DNA from: Raillietiella orientalis
Lineage: Eukaryota
DNA length: 64,000 bases
Assembly: GCA_036172245.1 (NCBI GenBank)
Contig: JAYWIR010000131.1
Location: 1 to 64,000 of the forward strand
Direction of reading: 5' to 3'
Of this stretch, positions 27,101 to 42,400 are shown piece by piece (positions within the stretch are counted from its first letter, which is position 1; each line of letters starts with the position of its first letter). A program made the translations under genes and the position numbers. Under the pieces are notes generated by a model. The model was not told the DNA's origin. It saw only the letters and a list, made by a program, of their open reading frames with translations, and searched no databases.

Positions 27101-28379
27101 CCACTTCCTGCATCGAAATACAATCATTAAAATGCATGAAAAAAATTCCTCTATCTTTTCTATTTCAATGTGGTGTTTTCCGTCCAAATCTCCGCACTTG
27201 CACCTAAACGAACATGGCCGGTTCCCGATGAATTCGGTCGCAATCCTGAGACATGAAAATGGTTGAAATCAATCTACTTTCACTTCCAGCATAGAAATAG
27301 AATGTTCAAAATGCATCACAAAAATTCCTCTATCTTTTCTATTTCCAATGTGGTGTTTTCCGTCCAAATCTCCCCACTTGCACCTAAACGAACATGGCCG
27401 GTTCCCGATGAATTAGGTCGCAATCCTGAGACATGAAGATGGTTGGAATCAATCTACTTCCACTTCCTGCATCGAGATACAATCGTTAAAATGCAAGCAG
27501 AAAATTCCTCTATCTTTTCTATTTCCATTGTGATGTTTTCCGTCCAAATCTCCGCACTTGCACGTAAACGACCATGGCCGGTTCCCGATGAATTCGGTCG
27601 CATTCCTGAGACATGAAGATGGTTGGAATCAATCTACTTCCACTTCCTGCATCGAGATACAATCGTTAAAATGCATGCAGAAAATTCCTCTATCTTTTCT
27701 ATTTTCATTGTGGTGTTTTCCGTCCAAATCTCCGCACTTGCACGTAAACGACCGTGGCCGGTTCCCGATGAATTCGGTCGCAATCCTGAGACATGAAAAT
27801 GGTTGGAATCAATCTACTTCCACTTCCAGCATAGAAACATAATCTTCAAAATGCATCAAAAAAATTCCTCTATCTTTTCTATTTCCAATGTGGTGTTTTC
27901 CGTCCAAATCTCCCCACTTGCACCTAAATGAACATGGCCGGTTCCCGATAAATTCGGTCGCAATCCTGAGACATCAAAATGGTTGGAAGCAATGTACTTC
28001 CACTTCCTGCATCCAAATAGAATCCTGTAAGTGCATCCGAAAAATTCCTTCATCTTTTCTATTTCCAATGTGGTGTTTTCCTTCCAAATCTCCGCACTTG
28101 CACGTAAACGACCATGGCCGGTTCCCGATGAATTCGGTCGCAATCCTCAGACATGAAAATGGTTGAAATCAATCTACTTCCACTTCCTCAATCGAGATAC
28201 AATCGTTAAAATGCATGAAAAAAATTCCTCTATCTTTTCTATTTCCAATGTGGTGTTTTCCTTCCAAATCTCCGCACTTGCACGTAAACGACCATGGCCG
28301 GTTCCCGATGAATTCGGTCGCAATCCTGAGACATGAAAATGGTTGAAATCAATCTACTTCCACTTCCTGCATCGAGATA

Positions 28380-30345
28380 CAATCGTTAAAATGGATGAAA
28401 AAAATTCCTCTATCTTTTCTATTTCCAATGTGGTGTTTTCCGTCCAAATCTCCGCACTTGCACCTAAACGAACATGGCCGGTTCCCGATTAATTCGGTCG
28501 CAATCCTGAGACATGAAAATGGTTGTAATCAATCTACTTCCACTTCCAGCACAGAAATAGAATCTTCAAAGTGCATCAAAAAAATTCCTTTATCTTTTCA
28601 ATTTCCAATGTGTTGTTTTCCGTCCAAATCTTCGCACTTGCACGTAAACGACCGAGGCCGGTTCCCGATGAATTCGGTCGCAATCCTGAGACATCAAAAG
28701 GGTTGTAATCAATCTACTTCCACTTCCAGCATAGAAATAGAATCTACAAAGTGAACCAAAAAAATTCCTCTATCTTTTCTATTTCCAATGTGGTGTTTTC
28801 CGTCCAAATCTCAACACTAGCACCTAAACGACCATGGCCGGTTCCCGATGAATTCGGTCGCAATCCTGAGACATGAAAATGGTTGAAATCAATCTACTTC
28901 CACTTCCTGCATCGAGATACAATCGTTAAAATGCATGAAAAAAATTCCTCTATCTTTTCTATTTCCAATGTGGTGTTTTCCTTCCAAATCTCCGCACTTG
29001 CACGTAAACGACCATGGCCTGTTCCCGATGAATTCGGTCGCAATCCTGAGACATGAAAATGGTTTGAATTAATCTACTTCCACTTCCTGCATCGAGATAG
29101 AATCTTCAAAATGCATCGCAAAAATTCCTCTATCTTTTCTATTTCCAATGTGGTGTTTTCCGTCCAAATATCCCCACTTGCACCTAAACGAACATAACCG
29201 GTTCCCGATGAATTCGGTCAAAATCCTGAGACATGAAAATGGTTGTAATCAATCTACTTCCACTTCCAGCATAGAAATAGAATCTTCAAAGTGCATCAAA
29301 AAAATTCCTTTATCTTTTGTATTTCCAATGTGGATTTTTCCGTCCAAATCTCCGAACTTGTATCTAAACGACCATGGCCGGTTCCCGATGATTACGGTCG
29401 CAATCCTGAGACATGAAGATGGTTGGAATCAATCTACTTCCACTTCCTGCATCGAGATACAATCGTTAAAATGCATTCAGAAAATTCCTCTATCTTTTCT
29501 ATTTCCATTGTGGTGTTTTCCGTCCAAATCTCCGCACTTGCACGTAAACGACCGAGGCCGGTTCCCGATGAATTCGGTCGCAATCCTGAGACATCAAAAG
29601 GGTTGTAATCAATCTACTTCCACTTCCAGCATAGAAATAGAATCTACAAAGTTAAGCAAAAAAATTCCTCTATCTTTTCTATTTCCAATGTGGTGTTTTC
29701 CGTCCAAATCTCAACACTAGCACCTAAACGAACATGGCCGGTTCCCGATGAATTCGGTCGCAATCCTGAGTCATCAAAATGGTTGAAATCAATCTACTTC
29801 CACTTGCTGCATCGAGATACAATCGTTAAAATGGATGAAAAAAATTCCTCTATCTTTTCTATTTCCAATGTGGTGTTTTCCGTCCAAATCTCCGCACTTG
29901 CACCTAAACGAACATGGCCGGTTCCCGATTAATTCGGTCGCAATCCTGAGACATGAAAATGGTTGTAATCAATCTACTTCCACTTCCAGCACAGAAATAT
30001 AATCTTCAAAGTGCATCAAAAAAATTCCTTTATCTTTTCAATTTCCAATGTGTTGTTTTCCGTCCAAATCTTCGCACTTGCACGTAAACGACCGAGGCCG
30101 GTTCCCCATGAATTCATTCGCAATCCTGAGACATCAAAAGGGTTGTAATCAATCTACTTCCACTTCCAGCATAGAAATAGAATCTACAAAGTGAACCAAA
30201 AAGATTCCTCTATCTTTTCTATTTCCAATGTGGTGTTTTCCGTCCAAATCTCAACACTAGCACCTAAACGACCATGGCCGGTTCCCGATGAATTCGGTCG
30301 CAATCCTGAGACATGAAAATGGTTGAAATCAATCTACTTCCACTT
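28380..30345 (+). repeat. About 3-monomer block repeated at 1440-bp offset (28380-28905 and 29820-30345)
   Basis: The same ordered variants ATGGATGAAA, CCGATTAATT, AGCACAG, TTTTCAATTTCCAATGTGTTG, ACCGAGGCC and GTGAACCAAA appear in both. The second copy has a few private changes. Confidence 0.75.
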
Positions 30346-32319
30346 CCAGCATAGAAATAGAATCTTCAAAGTGCATCAAAAAAATTCCTTTATCTTTTGT
30401 ATTTCCAATGTGGTGTTTTCCGTCCAAATCTCAACACTAGCACCTAAACGACCATGGCCGGTTCCCGATGAATTCGGTCGCAATCCTGAGACATCAAGAT
30501 GGTTGGAAGCAATGTACTTCCACTACCTGCATCCAAATAGAATCCTGTAAGTGCAACCGAAAAATTCCTCTATCTTTTCTATTTCCAATGTGGTGTTTTC
30601 CTTCCAAATCTCCGCACTTGCACGTAAACGACCGTTGCCGGTTCCCGATGAATTCGGTCGCAATCCTGAGACATGAAAAGGGTTGTAATCAATCTACTTC
30701 CACTCCCAGCATAGAAATAGAATCTACAAAGTGGATCAAAAAAATTCCTCTATCTTTTCTATTTCCAATGTGGTGTTTTTCGTCCAAATCTCCGCACTTG
30801 CACGTAAACGACCATGGCCTGTTCCCGATGAATTCGGTCGCAATCCTGAGACATGAAAATGGTTGAAATCAATCTACTTCCACTCCCAGCATAGAAACAT
30901 AATCTTCAAAATGCATCCAAAAAATTCGTCTATCTGTTCTATTTTTAATGTGGTGTTTTCCGTCCAAATCTGCCCACTTGCACTTAAACGAACATGGCCG
31001 GCTCCCGATAAATTCGGTCGCAATCCTGAGACATCAAAATGGTTGGAAGCAATGTACTTCCACTTCCTGCATCCAAATGAAATCCTGTAAGTGCATCCGA
31101 AGAATTCCTCTATCTTTTCTATTTCCAATGTGGTGTTTTCCTTCCAAATCTCCCCACTTGCACCTAAACGAACATGGCCGGTTCCCGATAAATTCGGTCG
31201 CAATCCTGAGACATCAAGATGGTTGGAAGCAATGTACTTCCACTTCCTGCATCCAAATAGAATCCTGTAAGTGCAACCGAAAAATTCCTCTATCTTTTCT
31301 ATTTCCAATGTGGCGTTTTCCTTCCAAATCTCCGCACTTGCACGTAAACGACCGTGGCCGGTTCCCGATTAATTCGGTCGCAATCCTGAGACATGAAAAT
31401 GGTTGGAATCAATCTACTTCCACATCCAGCATAGAAATAGAATCTTCAAAGTGCATCCAAAAAATTCCTCTATCTTTTCTATTTCCAATGTGGTGTTTTC
31501 CGTCCAAATCTCCGCACTTGCACCTAAACGAACATGGCCGGTTCCCGATGAATTCGGTCGCAATCCTGAGACATGAAAATGGTTGAAATCAATCTACTTC
31601 CACTTCCTGCATCGAAATACAATCATTAAAATGCATGAAAAAAATTCCTCTATCTTTTCTATTTCAATGTGGTGTTTTCCGTCCAAATCTCCGCACTTGC
31701 ACCTAAACGAACATGGCCGGTTCCCGATGAATTCGGTCGCAATCCTGAGACATGAAAATGGTTGTAATCAATCTACTTCCACTTCCAGCATAGAAATAGA
31801 ATTTTCAAAGTGCATCAAAAAAATTCCTCTATTTTTTGTATTTCCAATGTGGATTTTTCCGTCCAAATCTCCGAACTTGTACCAAAACGACCATGGCCGG
31901 TTCCCGATGATTACGGTCGCAATCGTGAGACATGAAGATGGTTGGAATCAATCTACTTCCACTTCCAGCAAATAAATAGAATCTTCAAAATGCGTCACAA
32001 AAATTCCTCTATCTTTTCTATTTCCAATGTGGTGTTTTCCGTCCAAATCTCCCCACTTGCACCTAAATGAACATGGCCGGTGCCCGATAAATTCGGTCGC
32101 AATCCTGAGACATCAAAATGGTTGGAAGCAATGTACTTCCACTTCCTGCATCCAAATAGAATCCTGTAAGTGCATCCGAAAAATTCCTCTATCTTTTCTA
32201 TTTCCAATGTGGTGTTTTCCTTCCGAATCTCCGCACTTGCACGTAAACGACCATGGCCTGTTCCCGATGAATTCGGTCGCAATCCTGAGACATGAAAATG
32301 GTTGGAATCAATCTACTTC

Positions 32320-35300
32320 CACTTCCAGCATAGAAACATAATCTTCAAAATGCATCAAAAAAATTCCTCTATCTTTTCTATTTCCAATGTGGTGTTTTCC
32401 GTCCAAATCTCCCCACTTGCACCTAAATGAACATGGCCGGTTCCCGATAAATTCGGTCGCAATCCTGAGACATCAAAATGGTTGGAAGCAATGTACTTCC
32501 ACTTCCTGCATCCAAATAGACTCCTGTAAGTGCATCCGAAAAATTCCTCTATCTTTTCTATTTCCAAGTTGGTGTTTTCCTTTCAAATCTCCGCACTTGC
32601 ACGTAAACGACCATGGCCTGTTCCCGATGAATTCGGTCGCAATCCTGAGACATGAAAATGGTTGGAATCAATCTACTTCCACTTCCTGCATCGAGATACA
32701 ATCGTTAAAATGCATGAAAAAAATTCCTCTATCTTTTCTATTTCCAATGTGGTGTTTTCCTTCCAAATCTCCGCACTTGCACGTAAACGACCATGGCCTG
32801 TTCCCGATGAATTCGGTCGCAATCCTGAGACATGAAAATGGTTGGAATCAATCTACTTCCACTTCCTGCATCAAGATAGAATGTTCAAAATGCATCACAA
32901 AAATTCCTCTATCTTTTCTATTTCCAATGTGGTGTTTTCCGTCCAAATCTGCCCACTTGCACTTAAACGAACATGGCCGGTTCCCGATAAATTCGGTCGC
33001 AATCCTGAGACATCAAGATGGTTGGAAGCAATGTACTTCCACTACCTGCATCCAAATAGAATCCTGTAAGTGCAACCGAAAAATTCCTCTATCTTTTCTA
33101 TTTCCAATGTGGTGTTTTTCGTCCAAATCTCCGCACTTGCACCTAAACGAACATGGCCGGTTCCCGATGAATTCGGTCGCAATACTGAGACATGAAGATG
33201 GTTGGAATCAATCTACTTCCACTTTCTGCATCGAGATACAATCGTTAAAATGCATGCAGAAAATTCCTCTATCTTTTCTATTTCCATTGTGGTGTTTTCC
33301 GTCCAAATCTCCGCACTTGCACGTAAACGACCATGGCCGGTTCCCGATGAATTCGGTCGCAATCCTGAGACATGAAAATGGTTGGAATCAATCTACTTCC
33401 ACTTCCAGCATAGAAACATAATCTTCAAAATGCGACAAAAAAATTCCTCTATCTTTTCTATTTCCAATGTGGTGTTTTCCGTCCAAATCTCCCCACTTGC
33501 ACCTAAATGAACATGGCCGGTTCCCGATAAATTCGGTCGCAATCCTGAGACATCAAAATGGTTGGAAGCAATGTACTTCCACTTCCTGCATCCAAATAGA
33601 ATCCAGTAAGTGCATCCGAAAAATTCCTTCATCTTTTCTATTTCCAATGTGGTGTTTTCCTTCCAAATCTCCGCACTTGCACGTAAACGACCATGGCCGG
33701 TTCCCGATGAATTCGGTCGCAATCCTCAGACATGAAAATGGTTGAAATCAATCTACTTCCACTTCCTCAATCGAGATACAATCGTTAAAATGCATTAAAA
33801 AAATTCCTCTATCTTTTCTATTTCCAATGTGGTGTTTTCCTTCCAAATCTCCGCACTTGCACGTAAACGACCATGGCCGGTTCCCGATGAATTCGGTCGC
33901 AATCCCGAGACATGAAAATGGTTGAAATCAATCTACTTCCACTTCCTGCATCGAGATACAATCGTTTAGATGCATGAAAAAAATTCCTCTATCTTTTCTA
34001 TTTCCAATGTGGTGTTTTCCGTCCAAATCTCCCCACTTGCACCTAAACGAACATGGCCGGTTCCCGATAAATTCGGTCGCAATCCTGAGACATCAAGATG
34101 GTTGGAAGCAATGTACTTCCACTTCCTGCATCCAAATAGAATCCTGTAAGTGCAACCGAAAAATTCCTCTATCTTTTCTATTTCCAATGTGGCGTTTTCC
34201 TTCCAAATCTCCGCACTTGCACGTAAACGACCGTGGCCGGTTCCCGATGAATTCGGTCGCAATCCTGAGACATGAAAATGGTTGAAATCAATCTACTTCC
34301 ACTTCCTGCATCGAAATACAATCATTAAAATGCATGAAAAAAATTCCTCTATCTTTTCTATTTCAATGTGGTGTTTTCCGTCCAAATCTCCGCACTTGCA
34401 CCTAAACGAACATGGCCGGTTCCCGATGAATTCGGTCGCAATCCTGAGACATGAAAATGGTTGAAATCAATCTACTTCCACTTCCTGCATCGAGATACAA
34501 TCATTAAAATGCATGCAGAAAATTCCTCTATCTTTTCTATTTTCATTGTGGTGTTTTCCGTCCAAATCTCCGCACTTGCACGTAAACGACCGTGGCCGGT
34601 TCCCGATGAATTCGGTCGCAATCCTGAGACATGAAAATGGTTGTAATCAATCTACTTTCACTTCCAGCATAGAAACATAATCTTCAAAATGCATCAAAAA
34701 AATTCCTCTATCTTTTCTATTTCCAATGTGGTGTTTTCCGTCCAAATCTCCCCACTTGCACCTAAATGAACATGGCCGGTTCCCGATAAATTCGGTCGCA
34801 ATCCTGAGACATCAAAATGGTTGGAAGCAATGTACTTCCACTTCCTGCATCCAAATAGACTCCTGTAAGTGCATCCGAAAAATTCCTCTATCTTTTCTAT
34901 TTCCAAGTTGGTGTTTTCCTTTCAAATCTCCGCACTTGCACGTAAACGACCATGGCCTGTTCCCGATGAATTCGGTCGCAATCCTGAGACATGAAAATGG
35001 TTGGAATCAATCTACTTCCACTTCCTGCATCGAGATACAATCGTTAAAATGCATGAAAAAAATTCCTCTATCTTTTCTATTTCCAATGTGGTGTTTTCCT
35101 TCCAAATCTCCGCACTTGCACGTAAACGACCATGGCCTGTTCCCGATGAATTCGGTCGCAATCCTGAGACATGAAAATGGTTGGAATCAATCTACTTCCA
35201 CTTCCTGCATCAAGATAGAATCTTCAAAATGCATCACAAAAATTCCTCTATCTTTTCTATTTCCAATGTGGTGTTTTCCGTCCAAATCTGCCCACTTGCA

Positions 35301-37010
35301 CTTAAACGAACATGGCCGGTTCCCGATAAATTCGGTCGCAATCCTGAGACATCAAGATGGTTGGAAGCAATGTACTTCCACTACCTGCATCCAAATAGAA
35401 TCCTGTAAGTGCAACCGAAAAATTCCTCTATCTTTTCTATTTCCAATGTGGTGTTTTTCGTCCAAATCTCCGCACTTGCACCTAAACGAACATGGCCGGT
35501 TCCCGATGAATTCGGTCGCAATACTGAGACATGAAGATGGTTGGAATCAATCTACTTCCACTTCCTGCATCGAGATACAATCGTTAAAATGCATGCAGAA
35601 AATTCCTCTATCTTTTCTATTTCCATTGTGGTGTTTTCCGTCCAAATCTCCGCACTTGCACGTAAACGACCATGGCCGGTTCCCGATGAATTCGGTCGCA
35701 ATCCTGAGACATGAAAATGGTTGGAATCAATCTACTTCCACTTCCAGCATAGAAACATAATCTTCAAAATGCATCAAAAAAATTCCTCTATCTTTTCTAT
35801 TTCCAATGTGGTGTTTTCCGTCCAAATCTCCCCACTTGCACCTAAATGAACATGGCCGGTTCCCGATAAATTCGGTCGCAATCCTGAGACATCAAAATGG
35901 TTGGAAGCAATGTACTTCCACTTCCTGCATCCAAATAGAATCCAGTAAGTGCATCCGAAAAATTCCTTCATCTTTTCTATTTCCAATGTGGTGTTTTCCT
36001 TCCAAATCTCCGCACTTGCACGTAAACGACCATGGCCGGTTCCCGATGAATTCGGTCGCAATCCTCAGACATGAAAATGGTTGAAATCAATCTACTTCCA
36101 CTTCCTCAATCGAGATACAATCGTTAAAATGCATTAAAAAAATTCCTCTATCTTTTCTATTTCCAATGTGGTGTTTTCCTTCCAAATCTCCGCACTTGCA
36201 CGTAAACGACCATGGCCGGTTCCCGATGAATTCGGTCGCAATCCCGAGACATGAAAATGGTTGAAATCAATCTACTTCCACTTCCTGCATCGAGATACAA
36301 TCGTTTAGATGCATGAAAAAAATTCCTCTATCTTTTCTATTTCCAATGTGGTGTTTTCCGTCCAAATCTCCCCACTTGCACCTAAACGAACATGGCCGGT
36401 TCCCGATAAATTCGGTCGCAATCCTGAGACATCAAGATGGTTGGAAGCAATGTACTTCCACTTCCTGCATCCAAATAGAATCCTGTAAGTGCAACCGAAA
36501 AATTCCTCTATCTTTTCTATTTCCAATGTGGCGTTTTCCTTCCAAATCTCCGCACTTGCACGTAAACGACCGTGGCCGGTTCCCGATGAATTCGGTCGCA
36601 ATCCTGAGACATGAAAATGGTTGAAATCAATCTACTTCCACTTCCTGCATCGAAATACAATCATATGCATGAAAAAAATTCCTCTATCTTTTCTATTTCA
36701 ATGTGGTGTTTTCCGTCCAAATCTCCGCACTTGCACCTAAACGAACATGGCCGGTTCCCGATGAATTCGGTCGCAATCCTGAGACATGAAAATGGTTGAA
36801 ATCAATCTACTTCCACTTCCTGCATCGAGATACAATCATTAAAATGCATGCATAAAATTCCTCTATCTTTTCTATTTTCATTGTGGTGTTTTCCGTCCAA
36901 ATCTCCGCACTTGCACGTAAACGACCGTGGCCGGTTCCCGATGAATTCGGTCGCAATCCTGAGACATGAAAATGGTTGTAATCAATCTACTTTCACTTCC
37001 AGCATAGAAA
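32320..37010 (+). repeat. 13-monomer tandem duplication (2339 bp)
   Basis: ORF pairs 32355/34694, 32387/34726, 33467/35806 and 33974/36313 are offset by 2339. Shared private variants are CCAAGTTGG...CCTTTCAAAT, ATCCAGTAAG and ATCGTTTAGATG. The second copy has a 4-bp deletion at about 36664. Confidence 0.94.
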
Positions 37011-39419
37011 TAGAATGTTCAAAATGCATCACGAAAATTCCTCTATCTTTTCTATTTCCAATGTGGTGTTTTCCGTCCAAATCTCCCCACTTGCACCTAA
37101 ACGAACATGGCCGGTTCCCGATGAATTAGGTCGCAATCCTGAGACATGAAGATGGTTGGAATCAATCTACTTCCACTTCCTGCATCGAGATACAATCGTT
37201 AAAATGCAAGCAGAAAATTCCTCTATCTTTTCTATTTCCATTGTGATGTTTTCCGTCCAAATCTCCGCACTTGCACGTAAACGACCATGGCCGGTTCCCG
37301 ATGAATTCGGTCGCAATCCTGAGATATGAAGATGGTTGGAATCAATCTACTTCCACTTCCTGCATCGAGATACAATCGTTAAAATGCATGCAGAAAATTC
37401 CTCTATCTTTTCTATTTTCATTGTGGTGTTTTCCGTCCAAATCTCCGCACTTGCACGTAAACGACCGTGGCCGGTTCCCGATGAATTCGGTCGCAATCCT
37501 GAGACATGAAAATGGTTGTAATCAATCTACTTCCACTTCCAGCATAGAAATAGAATTTTCAAAGTGCATCAAAAAAATTCCTCTATTTTTTGTATTTCCA
37601 ATGTGGATTTTTCCGTCCAAATCTCCGAACTTGTACCAAAACGACCGTGGCCGGTTCCCGATGATTACGGTCGCAATCGTGAGACATGAAGATGGTTGGA
37701 ATCAATCTACTTCCACTTCCAGCAAATAAATAGAATCTTCAAAATGCGTCACAAAAATTCCTCTATCTTTTCTATTTCCAATGTGGTGTTTTCCGTCCAA
37801 ATCTCCCCACTTGCACCTAAACGAACATGGCCGATTCCCGATGAATTCGGTCGCAATCCTGAGACATCAAAATGGTTGGAAGCAATCTACTTCCACTTCC
37901 TGCATCCAAATAGAATCTTCAAAGTGCTTCCGAAAAATTCCTCTATCTTTTCTATTTCCAATGTGGTGTTTTCCGTCCTAATCTCCGCACTTGCACGTAA
38001 ACGACCATGGCCGGTTCCCGATGAATTCCGTCGCAACCCTGAGACATGAAAATGGTTGAAATCAATGTACTTCCTCTCCCAGCATAGAAATAGAATCTTC
38101 AGAATGCATCAAAAAAATTCCTCTATCTTTTCTATTTCCAATGTGGTGTTTTCCGTCCAAATCTCCCCACTTGCACCTAAACGAACATGGCCGGTTCCCG
38201 ATAAATTCGGTCGCAATCCTGAGACATCAAAATGGTTGGAAGCAATGTACTTCCACTTCCTGCATCCAAATAGACTCCTGTAAGTGCATCCGAAAAATTC
38301 CTCTATCTTTTCTATTTCCAAGTTGGTGTTTTCCTTCCAAATCTCCGCACTTGCACGTAAACGACCATGGCCTGTTCCCGATGAATTCGTTCGCAATCCT
38401 GAGACATGAAAATGGTTGGAATCAATCTACTTCCATTTCCTGCATCGAGATAGAATCTTCAAAATGCATCGCAAAAATTCCTCTATCTTTTCTATTTCCA
38501 ATGTGGTGTTTTCCGTCCAAATATCCCCACTTGCACCTAAACGAACATAACCGGTTCCCGATGAATTCGGTCGCAATCCTGAGACATGAAAATGGTTGTA
38601 ATCAATCTACTTTTACTTCCAGCATAGAAATAGAATCTTCAAAGTGCATCAAAAAAATTCCTCTATCTTTTGTATTTCCAATGTGGATTTTTCCGTCCAA
38701 ATCTCCGAACTTGTACCAAAACGACCATGGCCGGTTCCCGATGATTACCGTCGCAATCGTGAGACATGAAGATGGTTGGAATCAATCTACTTCCACTTCC
38801 TGCATCGAGATACAATCGTTAAAATGCATGAAAAAAATTCCTCTATCTTTTCTATTTCCAATGTGGTGTTTTCCTTCCAAATCTCCGCACTTGCACGTAA
38901 ACGACCATGGCCTGTTCCCGATGAATTCGGTCGCAATCCTGAGACATGAAAATGGTTGGAATCAATCTACTTCCACTTCCTGCATCAAGATAGAATCTTC
39001 AGAATGCATCGCAAAAATTCCTCTAACTTTTCTATTTCCAATGTGGTGTTTTCCGTCCAAATCTGCCCACTTGCACTTAAACGAACATGGCCGGTTCCCG
39101 ATAAATTCGGTCGCAATCCTGAGACATCAAGATGGTTGGAAGCAATGTACTTCCACTACCTGCATCCAAATAGAACCCTGTAAGTGCAACCGAAAAATTC
39201 CTCTATCTTTTCTATTTCCAATGTGGTGTTTTCCTTCCAAATCTCCGCACTTGCACGTAAACGACCGTTGCCGGTTCCCGATGAATTCGGTCGCAATCCT
39301 GAGACATGAAAAGGGTTGTAATCAATCTACTTCCACTCCCAGCATAGAAATAGAATCTACAAAGTGCATCAAAAAAATTCCTCTATCTTTTCTATTTCCA
39401 ATGTGGTGTTTTCCTTCCA

Positions 39420-42400
39420 AATCTCCGCACTTGCACGTAAACGACCATGGCCGGTTCCCGATGAATTCGGTCGCAATCCTGAGACATGAAAATGGTTGAA
39501 ATCAATCTACTTCTACTTCCTGCATCGAGATACAATCGTTCAAATGGATGAAAAAAATTCCTCTATCTTTTCTATTTCCAATGTGGTGTTTTCCGTCCAA
39601 ATCTCCGCACTTGCACCTAAACGAACATGGCCGGTTCCCGATGAATTCGGTCGCAATCCTGAGACATGAAAATGGTTGTAATCAATCTACTTCCACTTCC
39701 AGCATAGAAATAGAATCCTCAAAGTGCATCAAAAAAATTCCTTTATCTTTTCTATTTCCAATGTGGTGTTTTCCGTCCAAATCTCCGCACTTGCACGTAA
39801 ACGACCATGGCCTGTTCCCGATGAATTCGGTCGCAATCCTGAGACATGAAAATGGTTTGAATTAATCTACTTCCACTTCCTCCATCGAGATAGAATCTTC
39901 AAAATGCATCGCAAAAATTCCTCTATCTTTTCTATTTCCAATGTGGTGTTTTCCGTCCAAATATCCCCACTTGCACCTAAACGAACATAACCGGTTCCCG
40001 ATGAATTCGGTCGCAATCCTGAGACATGAAAATGGTTGTAATCAATCTACTTCCACTTCCAGCATAGAAATAGAATCTTCAAAGTGCATCAAAAAAATTC
40101 CTTCATCTTTTCTATTTCCAATGTGGTGTTTTCCGTCCAAATCTCAACACTAGCACCTAAACGACCATGGCCGGTTCCCGATGAATTCGGTCGCAATCCT
40201 GAGACATCAAGATGGTTGGAAGCAATGTACTTCCACTACCTGCATCCAAATAGAATCCTGTAAGTGCAACCGAAAAATTCCTCTATCTTTTCTATTTCCA
40301 ATGTGGTGTTTTCCTTCCAAATCTCCGCACTTGCACGTAAACGACCGTTGCCGGTTCCCGATGAATTCGGTCGCAATCCTGAGACATGAAAAGGGTTGTA
40401 ATCAATCTACTTCCACTCCCAGCATAGAAATAGAATCTACAAAGTGCATCAAAAAAATTCCTTTATCTTTTCCATTTCCAATGTGGTGTTTTTCGTCCAA
40501 ATCTCCGCACTTGCACCTAAACGAACATGGCCGGTTCCCGATGAATTCGGTCGCAATACTGAGACATGAAGATGGTTGGAATCAATATACTTCCACTTCC
40601 TGCATCGAGATACAATCGTTAAAATGCATGCAGAAAATTCCTCTATCTTTTCTATTTCCATTGTGGTGTTTTCCGTCCAAATCTCCGCACTTGCACGTAA
40701 ACGACCATGGCCGGTTCCCGATGAATTCGGTCGCAATCCTGAGACATGAAAATGGTTGGAATCAATCTACTTCCACTTCCAGCATAGAAACATAATCTTC
40801 AAAATGCATCAAAAAAATTCCTCTATCTTTTCTATTTCCAATGTGGTGTTTTCCGTCCAAATCTCCCCACTTGCACCTAAATGAACATGGCCGGTTCCCG
40901 ATAATTCGGTCGCAATCCTGAGACATCAAAATGGTTGGAAGCAATGTACTTCCACTTCCTGCATCCAAATAGAATCCTGTAAGTGCATCCGAAAAATTCC
41001 TTCATCTTTTCTATTTCCAATGTGGTGTTTTCCTTCCAAATCTCCGCACTTGCACGTAAACGACCATGGCCGGTTCCCGATGAATTCGGTCGCAATCCTG
41101 AGACATGAAAATGGTTGAAATCAATCTACTTCCACTTCCTGCATCGAGATACAATCGTTAAAATGGATGAAAAAAATTCCTCTATCTTTTCTATTTCCAA
41201 TGTGGTGTTTTCCGTCCAAATCTCCGCACTTGCACCTAAACGAACATGGCCGGTTCCCGATTAATTCGGTCGCAATCCTGAGACATGAAAATGGTTGTAA
41301 TCAATCTACTTCCACTCCCAGCATAGAAATAGAATCTACAAAGTGCATCAAAAAAATTCCTCTATCTTTTCTATTTCCAATATGGTGTTTTCCTTCCAAA
41401 TCTCCGCACTTGCACGTAAACGACCATGGCCGGTTCCCGATGAATTCGGTCGCAATCCTGAGACATGAAAATGGTTGAAATCAATCTACTTCCACTTCCT
41501 GCATCGAGATACAATCGTTAAAATGCATGAAAAAAATTCCTCTATCTTTTCTATTTCCAATGTGGTGTTTTCCGTCCAAATCTCCGCACTTGCACCTAAA
41601 CGAACATGGCCGGTTCCCGATTAATTCGGTCGCAATCCTGAGACATGAAAAGGGTTGTAATCAATCTACTTCCACTCCCAGCATAGAAATAGAATCTACA
41701 AAGTGCATCAAAAAAATTCCTCTATATTTTCTATTTCCAATGTGGTGTTTTTCGTCCAAATCTCCGCACTTGCACCTAAACGAACATGGCCGGTTCCCGA
41801 TGAATTCGGTCGCAATACTGAGACATGAAGATGGTTGGAATCAATATACTTCCACTTCCTGCATCGAGATACAATCGTTAAAATGCATGCAGAAAATTCC
41901 TCTATCTTTTCTATTTCCAATGTGGTGTTTTCCGTCCAAATCTCAACACTAGCACCTAAACGACCATGGCCGGTTCCCGATGAATTCGGTCGCAATCCTG
42001 AGACATGAAAAGGGTTGTAATCAATCTACTTCCACTCCCAGCATAGAAATAGAATCTACAAAGTGCATCAAAAAAATTCCTCTATCTTTTCTATTTCCAA
42101 TGTGGAGTTTTCCTTCGAAATCTCCGCACTTGCACGTAAACGACCGTTGCCGGTTCCCGATGAATTCGGTCGCAATCCTGAGACATGAAAAGGGTTGTAA
42201 TCAATCTACTTCCACTCCCAGCATAGAAATAGAATCTACAAAGTGCATCAAAAAAATTCCTCTATCTTTTCTATTTCCAATGTGGTGTTTTTCGTCCAAA
42301 TCTCCGCACTTGCACGTAAACGACCATGGCCGGTTCCCGATGTATTCGGTCGCAATCCTGAGACATGAAAATGGTTGGAATCAATCTACTTCCACTTCCA